Below are positions 1 through 8,924 of a DNA stretch of 64,000 nt, in pieces. Position 1 is the first letter of the stretch. The number at the start of each line of letters is the position of its first letter. The stretch spans positions 352,001 through 416,000 of the forward strand of contig CAVRJO010000002.1 of assembly GCA_963722255.1 (NCBI GenBank), written 5' to 3'. Under the pieces are notes generated by a model, which was not told the DNA's origin, did no database searches, and worked only from the letters and a program-made list of their open reading frames with translations. Made by a program: the position numbers and the translations under genes. This stretch comes from Candidatus Babeliales bacterium. GTDB taxonomy: Bacteria > Babelota > Babeliae > Babelales > JANWKD01.

Positions 1-512
1 CCACGTTGGCCTTTACCAATCGGGGAAAAGATGTCCATCAAACGCGTTGATATATATGTTGGGTTTGACTCTAGATTAAATTTTTTATCGGGATGCAAAG
101 GAGTTAAGCGATCAAAAAATAGCCTATCTCCTAAAGTTAAAGGATCAACAAAATTCACCTTATCAATTTTTAATAAAGCAAAATATTTCTCGCCTTCTTT
201 TGGCTTGCGAATAACACCACTAACGGTATCACCGGTTTTTAATCCAAAACGTCTAATCTGTGACGGAGAAACATAGATATCATCAGGCCCAGAAACATAA
301 TCAAATTTTGCAGATCGTAAAAATCCAAAACCATCAGGAAGCTTTTCAAGCACACCTTCAACTTCTAATTCTTTATTCGGATCGTCTTGTAATTCCTTAA
401 TTTTTTGAATCAATACTTGTTTTGACATTAATGTCGCACCGACAACACCCAATTTGCGTGCATATTGATTTAAATCAGCAAGACTCATTTTTTCTAATTC
501 TTGCATAACCAT
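1..512 (-). CDS. rho: Transcription termination factor Rho, N-terminal part (runs off the window start)
   Basis: Not in the ORF track. Manual minus-strand translation from ATG 512 (RBS AAGGAG upstream): MVMQELEKMS...EGVLEKLPDGFGFLRS...GPDDIYVSPSQIRRFGLKTGD...FSPIGKGQRG, all Rho hallmarks. Confidence 0.96.
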   Translation of the reverse strand, partial: MVMQELEKMSLADLNQYARKLGVVGATLMSKQVLIQKIKELQDDPNKELEVEGVLEKLPDGFGFLRSAKFDYVSGPDDIYVSPSQIRRFGLKTGDTVSGVIRKPKEGEKYFALLKIDKVNFVDPLTLGDRLFFDRLTPLHPDKKFNLESNPTYISTRLMDIFSPIGKGQR

Positions 513-623
513 AACAATAATACTCCTTAACAGAAAAACATAGGATTAACAAAACAAGTAAAAAAGAGAATTTTTTTACTTTTACAGCTCAATTATTTAC
601 GAAATTTTTTAAGAACATCAAAA

Positions 624-661
624 AGCGTTTATTCATTTGGAATAAATCATAAATAAACGCT
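624..661 (-). terminator. Inverted repeat, probable intrinsic terminator between secF and rho
   Basis: agcgtttatt...aataaacgct stem followed by a T-run on the minus strand. Confidence 0.45.
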
Positions 662-760
662 CAAATTTTATTTATTTAAATCGAGAAAAAACAAGAGAAA
701 AACTGAATTAATTATTCAACAGATTGGCTATTTTTATACTAAAATAAGGAATAATTATCG

Positions 761-1648
761 TTATTTAACTCCCTCTTTATATAAAGCTAACATAACTGGA
801 CTTGCAATGTAAATAGATGAATAAGTTCCAAATATCATCCCAATTAGCAATGCCAAGGAAAGATCTCTTAATGCTTCCCCACCCAAAATCATCAATGAAA
901 GAACAACTAATGTCGTAGCAAAACTTGTTAAAATAGTACGACGTAATGTTTGATTTAAGCTAATATTAACTATTTTATCAATTGAAATATTTTTCATTGT
1001 TTTAATATTTTGTCTAATCTTAGTAAATATTACAATAGTATCGTTAATGGAATAACCAAGGACCGCTAAAATTGCACTAATAACATTTATAGAAATCTCT
1101 TTATCAAATAATAAGAAGGCAAATAAAATCACCATGGCATCATGAAATAAAGCGATCACAGCTCCAACACCAAAACTTACCGACCAGAATCTAAACCATA
1201 TGTAGAGCAACATTAAAAGAAGCGCTAATCCAACGGCATAAATCGATTTCCAACGTAATATTTCGCCTATACCGCCGCTTACACTTTCAACTTCTAAAAT
1301 TTCAACAGCATTATTCGGCATGGCTTCTTGAAGAGCTTGTTTAATGGCACCACTCAGACCATTTACGTCAGTGGACACTTGCTTTAATCGAACCAAAATC
1401 TCAGTTGGAGAAAAATCACGCATAACGGGATTATTCCAACCTTTAGATTCTAAAACATCCTTTATTTGACTATCAGTAGTTGGCTGAGAAAAACGCAATC
1501 TAATTTGTGTTCCACCTGTAAAGTCAACACTATAGCTAAAAGCATAACCACGAGTTGCAATTCTATAACTATAAAGTCCAATAAAACTTGCAAAAATCGT
1601 AAGAGAAAAAACGGCACAAATTAAACGATATTTAAGAAAATCAATCAC
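761..1648 (-). CDS. secF: Protein translocase subunit SecF
   Basis: SVDFTGGT, HD, GYSINDTIV, SLNQTLRRT and GTYSSIYIASP motifs; multiple TM helices. Confidence 0.96.
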   Translation of the reverse strand: MIDFLKYRLICAVFSLTIFASFIGLYSYRIATRGYAFSYSVDFTGGTQIRLRFSQPTTDSQIKDVLESKGWNNPVMRDFSPTEILVRLKQVSTDVNGLSGAIKQALQEAMPNNAVEILEVESVSGGIGEILRWKSIYAVGLALLLMLLYIWFRFWSVSFGVGAVIALFHDAMVILFAFLLFDKEISINVISAILAVLGYSINDTIVIFTKIRQNIKTMKNISIDKIVNISLNQTLRRTILTSFATTLVVLSLMILGGEALRDLSLALLIGMIFGTYSSIYIASPVMLALYKEGVK

Positions 1649-1730
1649 GGTACTCTCCCAAGCCTTAAAAAAATTATTATCATACAGTTGCGTTATTTTT
1701 TTGTACTATAATCAAACCTATTTCACAAAT

Positions 1731-2000
1731 TTATGAATCGTGTGAAAACTCTTCAACTACAGAAACATAACGTCTGCCTTTAGGACCGTAATGAAATTTA
1801 ACAAAACCAGCACCTTTAGCAAATATGGTATGATCACTGCCCAAGCCAACTGATTTTCCAGGGTGAAAACGAGTGCCTCTTTGACGAACTATTATTTCTC
1901 CACCGGTCACTACTTGACCATCAAACAATTTTACGCCTAATCTTTGACTGCGACTGTCGCGACCATTCGAAGTCGAACCGCCTGATTTACTAGTTGCCAT
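1731..2000 (-). CDS. rpmA: 50S ribosomal protein L27
   Basis: [18 protein letters not shown]...[13 protein letters not shown]. Confidence 0.98.
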   Translation of the reverse strand: MATSKSGGSTSNGRDSRSQRLGVKLFDGQVVTGGEIIVRQRGTRFHPGKSVGLGSDHTIFAKGAGFVKFHYGPKGRRYVSVVEEFSHDS

Positions 2001-2305
2001 CAGAATCCTTTATACATAGATTATTATTTTTTGGATTAGTTTAATTCTTTAAAAGAAAATGCTGAAAAAAATTCTATGTTTTCACCATTTACCCACAATA
2101 TTAATTTAAATAAGAAAAATGTCAATAAATACCCATACTCTTAACTCTAAGCCTTAAAAATCACTTTAGTTTAAAAATAGTAGATTCAAGCTACTTTACA
2201 TCATAAATATTAGAGGTCCATCAATTCCTATAAAATTATCTTTATAAACAGTTTTTTTTGGTATACTGACTTAAAAAACAGTATAAAAAAGTAAAAGGAA
2301 TAATT

Positions 2306-3031
2306 ATGTCAATGACTATTGAAACCCAAGAATACAGCGCTCCTCTTATTACAAAAGACCCCCTTGAAGATGGTATCAGTTCAGTAAGCCTCATCCGTGC
2401 TTCAGGTACAGATCTTGATATCGTTAATGCAGCACGAGTTTCTTATGGAAAAACCTCAACCCAAATAACAGAACGAGATAAAAAGCTCATTAAATATCTT
2501 TTGGAACATCATCATACCAGCCCTTTTGAGCATAATCAGCTTTCATTTAGAATTAAAGCCCCTATCTTCGTAGTAAGGCAATGGATGCGCCATAGAATGA
2601 ATTCGTATAACGAAATTAGCTATAGATACGTTGAAGCTCCGATAGAATTCTACATTCCTCAACATTGGCGCTATCAAGATGCAAAAAACAGGCAATGCTC
2701 AACGGGAGCTTTTACTAACGAAGAACTTTTAAAAGCATATAAAGAATCGATCGACTGCAGCGTAAAAACTTATAAACTCCTTTTAGACCAAGGAGTTGCT
2801 CGAGAAATAGCTCGTGGAATCTTACCTTTATGCACCTATTCTGAGTTTATTTTCACCTGCAATCTGCATTCGTTTATGAACTTTTTAACTCTACGCCTTC
2901 ACGCTGGCGCACAACATGAAATTCGGGCATATGCTCATGCACTTCTTGATTCAGCGCTTGAATTCTTCCCTGTAACCTTACATGAATGGAAGCAGATACA
3001 GGAAAAACAGAATCAAAAAGAAACTTTTTAA
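2306..3031 (+). CDS. thyX: FAD-dependent thymidylate synthase
   Basis: AARVSY, HTSPFEH, RQWMRHRMNSYNEISYRY (ThyX motif), REIARGILP. Confidence 0.97.
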   Translation: MSMTIETQEYSAPLITKDPLEDGISSVSLIRASGTDLDIVNAARVSYGKTSTQITERDKKLIKYLLEHHHTSPFEHNQLSFRIKAPIFVVRQWMRHRMNSYNEISYRYVEAPIEFYIPQHWRYQDAKNRQCSTGAFTNEELLKAYKESIDCSVKTYKLLLDQGVAREIARGILPLCTYSEFIFTCNLHSFMNFLTLRLHAGAQHEIRAYAHALLDSALEFFPVTLHEWKQIQEKQNQKETF

Positions 3032-3183
3032 ACGATTTTTAGCTTGATGTAAAAAAGCATTCATGTTTTTTGCTTATTTTTTATAATAATATTGCAAATA
3101 TACATTATATTTTACTATGCTTATAAAAAAGGGATATCAAACTTTTGTATAAGATATTTGAACTATCAGGCCTACAGGAGAGT

Positions 3184-4119
3184 ATGTTCATGCTAAAAAG
3201 TATTAAAAAATTATTTGCCTTCTTATTAATCATAGTATCAATTTACTCTCTTTATGCTGATAATAAATATCCCTACCAAGCACCAAGCCGTTTTAATCAG
3301 GATTATCAAAAATCAAACTATTATTTAGCAGGCGATATCTATTTTTATACAACTCTGTTACCTGAGCTCACAAAATTTAGTACGACTTCCCCAAGAATAA
3401 ATCCTAATGCTAGGAATTCTCACAAAGCTGAATTTAATGCTAATACCAAGTATGATCTATTTTCTCTCTTTTATAACAAAACTTTTGATAAAGAAGCGTG
3501 TAAAAGAGTCTCGCTTCCTAAACCATTGAGCAGTAATGAAGATACGAGAATAATTTTTTATCCACCAGGTAATCAACGAGCATATTCCACAATTTTAATC
3601 AGTCGAAAGAAGTCAGAAGATACAATTGTACTCTACGCAGGCGTTCCATTAAGAAAAGCTATTAATGGTTCAAAACTTACCTTCAACATCGACAATTTTG
3701 AAAAATATATGAAAACGACTGCTTGGTTTAATAGTAGACCTAAATTAGTTGGATACTATGATAGCGCAATAACATTTGGCTTTGCTGTTAATACCGATGA
3801 TTCAAATTTTACTGTACCAAAAGAAAAAAATAGTGCGATACCAGATAGTTTTTCTATAAACTTTGTAAGATTAAGGGAAAATACCATAACAGACTGTTCA
3901 CCTTTCCCCTTATATATTGAAGAAATAGTCGCTTATACCGATACAATGAAGATAGCTGAAATGGGTATTAAAAATTTAAACGATGATCTTTATAAGCCGC
4001 ATACAATTGATTGGCATGGGACATCAATAACAATCCCGCCCATTATAACCATAGAACCAATGAACAAAACTGATTTTGAAGAGTTTCAAAATCTAATAAA
4101 ATTAGGAAATAGTAACTAA
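3184..4119 (+). CDS. Secreted hypothetical protein, paralog of 4135-4938
   Basis: RBS caggag before ATG 3184/3190; signal peptide KKLFAFLLIIVSIYSLYA; blocks shared with the next ORF. Confidence 0.8.
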   Translation: MFMLKSIKKLFAFLLIIVSIYSLYADNKYPYQAPSRFNQDYQKSNYYLAGDIYFYTTLLPELTKFSTTSPRINPNARNSHKAEFNANTKYDLFSLFYNKTFDKEACKRVSLPKPLSSNEDTRIIFYPPGNQRAYSTILISRKKSEDTIVLYAGVPLRKAINGSKLTFNIDNFEKYMKTTAWFNSRPKLVGYYDSAITFGFAVNTDDSNFTVPKEKNSAIPDSFSINFVRLRENTITDCSPFPLYIEEIVAYTDTMKIAEMGIKNLNDDLYKPHTIDWHGTSITIPPIITIEPMNKTDFEEFQNLIKLGNSN

Positions 4120-4134
4120 AAAAAGGAGAAGAAG

Positions 4135-4938
4135 ATGTATAAATATACTAAACATTTCATTATTGTTTTTATAGCAATAAATAATTTCTGTTTTATAATT
4201 GCCGTAAAAGATCGATTCAACTCAGATTATGTAAATTCTCAGTATTATTTTGTTGGAAACTTATTAATAAAAGCAGAAGGGAAAGATGCTGTTTACACGA
4301 CTAATTCAAAAATGTTTCCATCACAAGTAAAAGGGTCAAAAATAATATTTGAACCTAATAAAAATTACGATATTTTAGGTACACTATTTTCATTAGGCAA
4401 AATACCGGATGATAACTTTAAACTTCCACCGGCATTTAACTTTGATCCTAATAAAAAGCCTGAAAATAGAACTATGGTTTTATCACCTTTTTCAGAACAT
4501 TACCCAACAGTTGTAATAACCCAAAAAAACAGTGAGCTTCTGGTGTTAATTGGAAAACCAAATCAAGGCGTGAATGGAACAAAACTGATTTTTAATGTGA
4601 GCGCTTTTGAAAAAAGAATGAGAGGGACTTCTTGGTATGATAATCTGGATCAAAAAGATCGTCGTTTAATTTTTGGCTTAGGAGTCGATGCGGACAAAGC
4701 AAATTTTTTAGGAACCAACTCATTTCCAATAAATATTATAGAAATTTGGGGCGTATCAAAATTAGATTATCCACTTAGTACCGCAAAGTTTATTAGAGCC
4801 ATCGCCCCTATTGTAAGTGCCACTCGCCTTAGTTCATATGATGAGTTATACAAAGGTCCAAATCCAATAATTTCTATAACACCCATGAACTCTGATGACT
4901 ATACATTATTCAATCAGTTAATAAAAAGTAATAAATAG
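4135..4938 (+). CDS. Secreted hypothetical protein, paralog of 3184-4119
   Basis: RBS aaggag; N-terminal hydrophobic stretch; blocks shared with the previous ORF. Confidence 0.8.
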   Translation: MYKYTKHFIIVFIAINNFCFIIAVKDRFNSDYVNSQYYFVGNLLIKAEGKDAVYTTNSKMFPSQVKGSKIIFEPNKNYDILGTLFSLGKIPDDNFKLPPAFNFDPNKKPENRTMVLSPFSEHYPTVVITQKNSELLVLIGKPNQGVNGTKLIFNVSAFEKRMRGTSWYDNLDQKDRRLIFGLGVDADKANFLGTNSFPINIIEIWGVSKLDYPLSTAKFIRAIAPIVSATRLSSYDELYKGPNPIISITPMNSDDYTLFNQLIKSNK

Positions 4939-4961
4939 CTGAACAATCTACTTAGAACATT

Positions 4962-4993
4962 AAAAAAAGCTCTCTTAACCGAGAGCTTTTTTT
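4962..4993. terminator. Bidirectional intrinsic terminator
   Basis: aaaaaaagctctc-ttaacc-gagagcttttttt between convergent genes. Confidence 0.85.
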
Positions 4994-5447
4994 AATCGCG
5001 TATATTCTTTAACTCTCGAGATGTTTCTCGCTTAATATCTCGTTCTTTTAACGATTGTTTTTTTTCATGCATTTTTTTATGTTTACAGATCCCAAGCTCA
5101 ACTTTAACAAGCCCCTTCTCATTAAGATAGACCTTAAGTGGAATGACGGTGACACCTCTACGAGAAATATCTCCGGAAATTCGGTTAAGCTCACGCTTGT
5201 GGATCAGAAGCTTTCGTGTACGCGCTGCTTCTTCATCTTTTTTTTGATACGCCATTGCATAAGGCGTAATCGAAGCATTGACTAAATAAAGCTCGCCATC
5301 TTTAATATGTGCAAAAGATCCTATTAAGGAAATGTGTCCCGCTCTGATCGATTTTACTTCATTACCATTTAGGATAATGCCCGCTTCAATACGGTCAAAA
5401 ATCTCATAATCAAAAAATGCTTTTTTATTTTGAGTAATTATTTTCAT
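4992..5447 (-). CDS. smpB: SsrA-binding protein SmpB
   Basis: NKKAFFDYEI...EAGIILNGNEVKSIR...RTRKLL; likely start MKIITQ at 5447. Confidence 0.97.
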   Translation of the reverse strand: MKIITQNKKAFFDYEIFDRIEAGIILNGNEVKSIRAGHISLIGSFAHIKDGELYLVNASITPYAMAYQKKDEEAARTRKLLIHKRELNRISGDISRRGVTVIPLKVYLNEKGLVKVELGICKHKKMHEKKQSLKERDIKRETSRELKNIRD

Positions 5448-5922
5448 AGGTTGTTCCAAATTCGAGCGCTACATAATAAGCAAAAACTTTTTTCATAATA
5501 GGAAATAAAATCACTCCTAAGACTATTCCTAGTATATTACCACCAAGCAAAAATGACCACAAACAAGGTTTTGCAATACCAATAGTGTTTTCAAAAAAAA
5601 CATTTATAGAATGCATCCATTGCGGTTCGGCTAAAAACAAGTCAAAATCCAATACTTTATGCAATATCCAATAGCCCAACCCATACCCGGCACTATAAAC
5701 GGGAAGCATTGTCCAAGGGTTATTGATAAAACATGAGGAAGCGAGGGTTACACTGAAATTTAGACCAAAAATCCATGTAAATAGAAACACCATTGCCGTA
5801 TGCAAACAAAGAAATGGAGAAAACGCAATATAGGTTCCCATGCTTAATGAAAGTGCTAATTTTTCAGGAGACCTTTCCTGATATACCAGTTTTTTAATAA
5901 ATTTTTTTAACAACTTTGCCAT
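5425..5922 (-). CDS. DUF2062-family membrane protein
   Basis: SPEKLALSLSMG..AFSPF..HT and NNPWTMLPVY..YGLG pattern. Confidence 0.8.
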   Translation of the reverse strand: MAKLLKKFIKKLVYQERSPEKLALSLSMGTYIAFSPFLCLHTAMVFLFTWIFGLNFSVTLASSCFINNPWTMLPVYSAGYGLGYWILHKVLDFDLFLAEPQWMHSINVFFENTIGIAKPCLWSFLLGGNILGIVLGVILFPIMKKVFAYYVALEFGTTYENNYSK

Positions 5923-6130
5923 TATCTATCACCATAGCATTATATGAAAATACTTTTATTAGAAGTATATAGAATTACTATGCTATTTGCTATTAATCTC
6001 ATTTTAAGCCCTGTTAAATTATCAAGTTTATAGGATATTCAGAAGTTAAATATTGAGAAAAAAGATGGAATTAGGCTAAAATCAAACTTAGAAATATCCT
6101 ATTTCCCAGTTAAAAGAAAAGAGAGCGGCC

Positions 6131-6559
6131 ATGCTTTACATAAGATTATTCGTTATTCTTTCTATAACGATTTTTTCACTAACGGCAATGACTAAAAAAC
6201 GAACTAGTTGTTTTGCGCAAACAATTGAAGAAATTGCTACTAATAATAAAAATTATCCTCATGTATTAGGTGAACTCAATAAGATTAAACAAGTTGGCAG
6301 CAATAGTTTACTTACAAATAATGAAGTTTTATCATGTGTTAAAATACTACACCAAGGATATATGAATAATCAAACTTATGATCTGTCCAAACAAACGGAT
6401 TTTCTTCCTCAGAATACTATTTTCACAGAAAATAACCTTGCACTCTTACTAAAATCAATTATTCTCTATAGAATCTTGTACCCGGACGATAAAAATTTTG
6501 AAATAAACCAAATTAACCTTATTCCAACGAAAAGGACCCATTTTTGCACCTTATACTAA
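6131..6559 (+). CDS. Secreted hypothetical protein (signal peptide ...SLTA|MT)
   Basis: 142-aa ORF with an N-terminal signal peptide. Confidence 0.65.
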   Translation: MLYIRLFVILSITIFSLTAMTKKRTSCFAQTIEEIATNNKNYPHVLGELNKIKQVGSNSLLTNNEVLSCVKILHQGYMNNQTYDLSKQTDFLPQNTIFTENNLALLLKSIILYRILYPDDKNFEINQINLIPTKRTHFCTLY

Positions 6560-6891
6560 TAAGTGCAACAACAAGCTACTTTCTTTCTCAAATAACTACC
6601 AAATTAGAAATTTAGGGCATTTCCTTGACCCATTAACCTCTAGAGTTCAGATAAGTTCTTCAATACTATTATTCTTTTTATACTGCATAATCTCAAAAAC
6701 AAAACTTATATTCAAAAAAATAAGTGTGAAAAGATGTAAAAAAAATGGTATATTTATTAAAAGGTTTCCTTTTTTTTAATTATCTTGTAAACTATTTCAA
6801 TTAGAATTTGCCATATTGTGATATTACTATAAAATAAGCATTCTTGAAAATGCAATTATTACACTGTTATTAAGTTAGGGACATTACCCAC

Positions 6892-8031
6892 ATGAAAAAG
6901 ATTTTAATCTTTTCAAGCTACGGCGGAGGAGGCCACATTTCTGCAACTGATGCCATTAAAGGTTATCTTGGGAATGATTATGAAATTATAACAAGTTTCT
7001 ATATCGATGAGGTTATTGGAAGCCTCAGCATCGTTAAAACAGTAACCTTAAATTATTCTACTGAAGAAAAGTTTTATAATTTCTGTTTACGAAGAAAATG
7101 GACTTGGTTTATTAATAAGCTTTATCAATTATCGGCACTTTGGGTTTTTTTAAATAAAAGATTTATGAAGCGTCTTACCATAAAATATTTAGAAAAAACC
7201 AATCCTGATCTGGTTATTTCGGTAATTCCTATATTTAATAATGTTATCAAAGAAAGCTGTAAATTACGCAATATTCCTTTTTTACTAATCCCAACCGATT
7301 TAGATACCGGATCATTCATCAAAAATATAACACACCCAGAATACAATAAATTTAAAGTTGCCTTGTCCTTTAATGATCCTGATATACTTAGCTTAGCCCA
7401 TAATCCAGCTTTACCTGATAACGCCAAAATAATTACAGGATTTCCCATTAAACCCTCATTTTTTGAAGAAAAAAATCTTAATCAAATCAGGAATGATTTT
7501 CACGTACCTGATAACAAACCGGTAATTTTAGTACTTATGGGAGCTGCAGGTTCAAATGCAACCTATTCATATCTTTTAACTCTTCTTCAGTTACAAACAC
7601 CCGTGCATCTGCTACTGTGCCTCGGTAGAAATGAAAAACTAAGGCCACTCGTAGAAAAGATGCGGAAACCAAAACATATCACTATTTCAATTATTAGTTA
7701 TACAAATCGAATTTCAGATCTAATGGCCATTTCTAAACTTTGCATCACAAAAGCTGGAACAGTCAGCGTTTGTGAAACTATGTATATGAATATACCCATG
7801 ATATTAGATAACACTTCAACGCCTTTGGTTTGGGAAAAATTCAATATAGATTTTATTCAAAAAAACAATTTTGGAACTGCAATAGTTCATTACAAAGAGC
7901 TCAATGCTGCGGTGAATAAAATGTTACATGACGATGAATATTATTCCTTCTGCAAGAAAAGCCTCATGAATTTTCCCAAAAAAAATTTCGGAGATTCTAT
8001 TACAACATTGGTACAAGAACTTATTGGCTAA
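6892..8031 (+). CDS. MGDG-synthase/UgtP-like glycosyltransferase (GT28)
   Basis: SSYGGGGHISA, PDLVISVIP, PTD, GFPI, LMGAAG, ITKAG..SVCE motifs. Confidence 0.88.
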   Translation: MKKILIFSSYGGGGHISATDAIKGYLGNDYEIITSFYIDEVIGSLSIVKTVTLNYSTEEKFYNFCLRRKWTWFINKLYQLSALWVFLNKRFMKRLTIKYLEKTNPDLVISVIPIFNNVIKESCKLRNIPFLLIPTDLDTGSFIKNITHPEYNKFKVALSFNDPDILSLAHNPALPDNAKIITGFPIKPSFFEEKNLNQIRNDFHVPDNKPVILVLMGAAGSNATYSYLLTLLQLQTPVHLLLCLGRNEKLRPLVEKMRKPKHITISIISYTNRISDLMAISKLCITKAGTVSVCETMYMNIPMILDNTSTPLVWEKFNIDFIQKNNFGTAIVHYKELNAAVNKMLHDDEYYSFCKKSLMNFPKKNFGDSITTLVQELIG

Positions 8032-8044
8032 TGGAGCTCGCATT

Positions 8045-8878
8045 ATGCAATTGACTCTTTCAGAATCCTCAAAAGACCAGTTACAAAATTTTGTTAAACT
8101 AATTTGGAACTATTATGCTCATCATAAACGGGATTTTCCATGGAGAGATAATCGTTCTCCCTATTCTATTGTTGTTTCTGAAATAATGCTGCAACAGACC
8201 AAAACTGATCGCGTAATTAAAAAATACACTGATTTTCTTTCAATCTTTCCTTCATTTGAATCTTTAGCACATGCTTCTTTAAAAGAGGTTCTTTTAGCAT
8301 GGCAAGGCCTAGGTTATAATCGCCGAGGAATGGCCTTACAAAGGACCGCACAAATAATTATGTCTGAATATAAGGGCAACCTTCCTAATGACCCTACTAG
8401 GTTAGTTACCTTTCCGGGAATAGGAAAGGCCACTGCAGCATCAATATGCGCTTTTGCCTTCAATATGCCAACGATATTTATTGAAACAAATATTAGAACA
8501 GTATTTATAAACTTTTTCTTTAAAGATCGCGGTGAAATTAAAGATAATGAAATTTTACCTTTAGTTGCTGCAACCGTTGATGCTACTAATCCTAGAGAAT
8601 GGTATTATGCCTTGATGGATTATGGTGTCATGCTCAAAAAAACTTTGCCTAACCCAAGCCGCAAAAGTGCACATCATGTACAACAAAGCAAGTTTGAAGG
8701 TTCAGATCGGCAAATTAGAGGTATGATTCTTAAAATTTTAACAAGCCAACCATACAGTGCATTTGATGAGCTTTGTCTTTTGATTCCGCGTGAGCCACAT
8801 AGAATTGAAAAAGCTCTTCGCGAATTAGAAAGTGAAAAATTTATTCGAATTCAAAATAGTTTTATTGTTATTACGTAG
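8045..8878 (+). CDS. mutY: A/G-specific adenine glycosylase (short MutY-like, no Fe-S cysteine motif)
   Basis: RDFPWR, VSEIMLQQT, WQGLGYNRR, HhH PGIGKATA, ALMDYG. Confidence 0.9.
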   Translation: MQLTLSESSKDQLQNFVKLIWNYYAHHKRDFPWRDNRSPYSIVVSEIMLQQTKTDRVIKKYTDFLSIFPSFESLAHASLKEVLLAWQGLGYNRRGMALQRTAQIIMSEYKGNLPNDPTRLVTFPGIGKATAASICAFAFNMPTIFIETNIRTVFINFFFKDRGEIKDNEILPLVAATVDATNPREWYYALMDYGVMLKKTLPNPSRKSAHHVQQSKFEGSDRQIRGMILKILTSQPYSAFDELCLLIPREPHRIEKALRELESEKFIRIQNSFIVIT

Positions 8879-8915
8879 TGCGAATCGGATAAATTTATTA
8901 TCGACTTCGCACTAC
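8875..8915. terminator. Imperfect hairpin between convergent mutY and bamA
   Basis: gtagtgcgaa...ttcgcactac inverted repeat. Confidence 0.5.
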
Positions 8916-8924
8916 CCTTTAATC

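Noticed and set aside
31..276. 81-aa plus-strand ORF
   Set aside because: Antisense shadow of rho.
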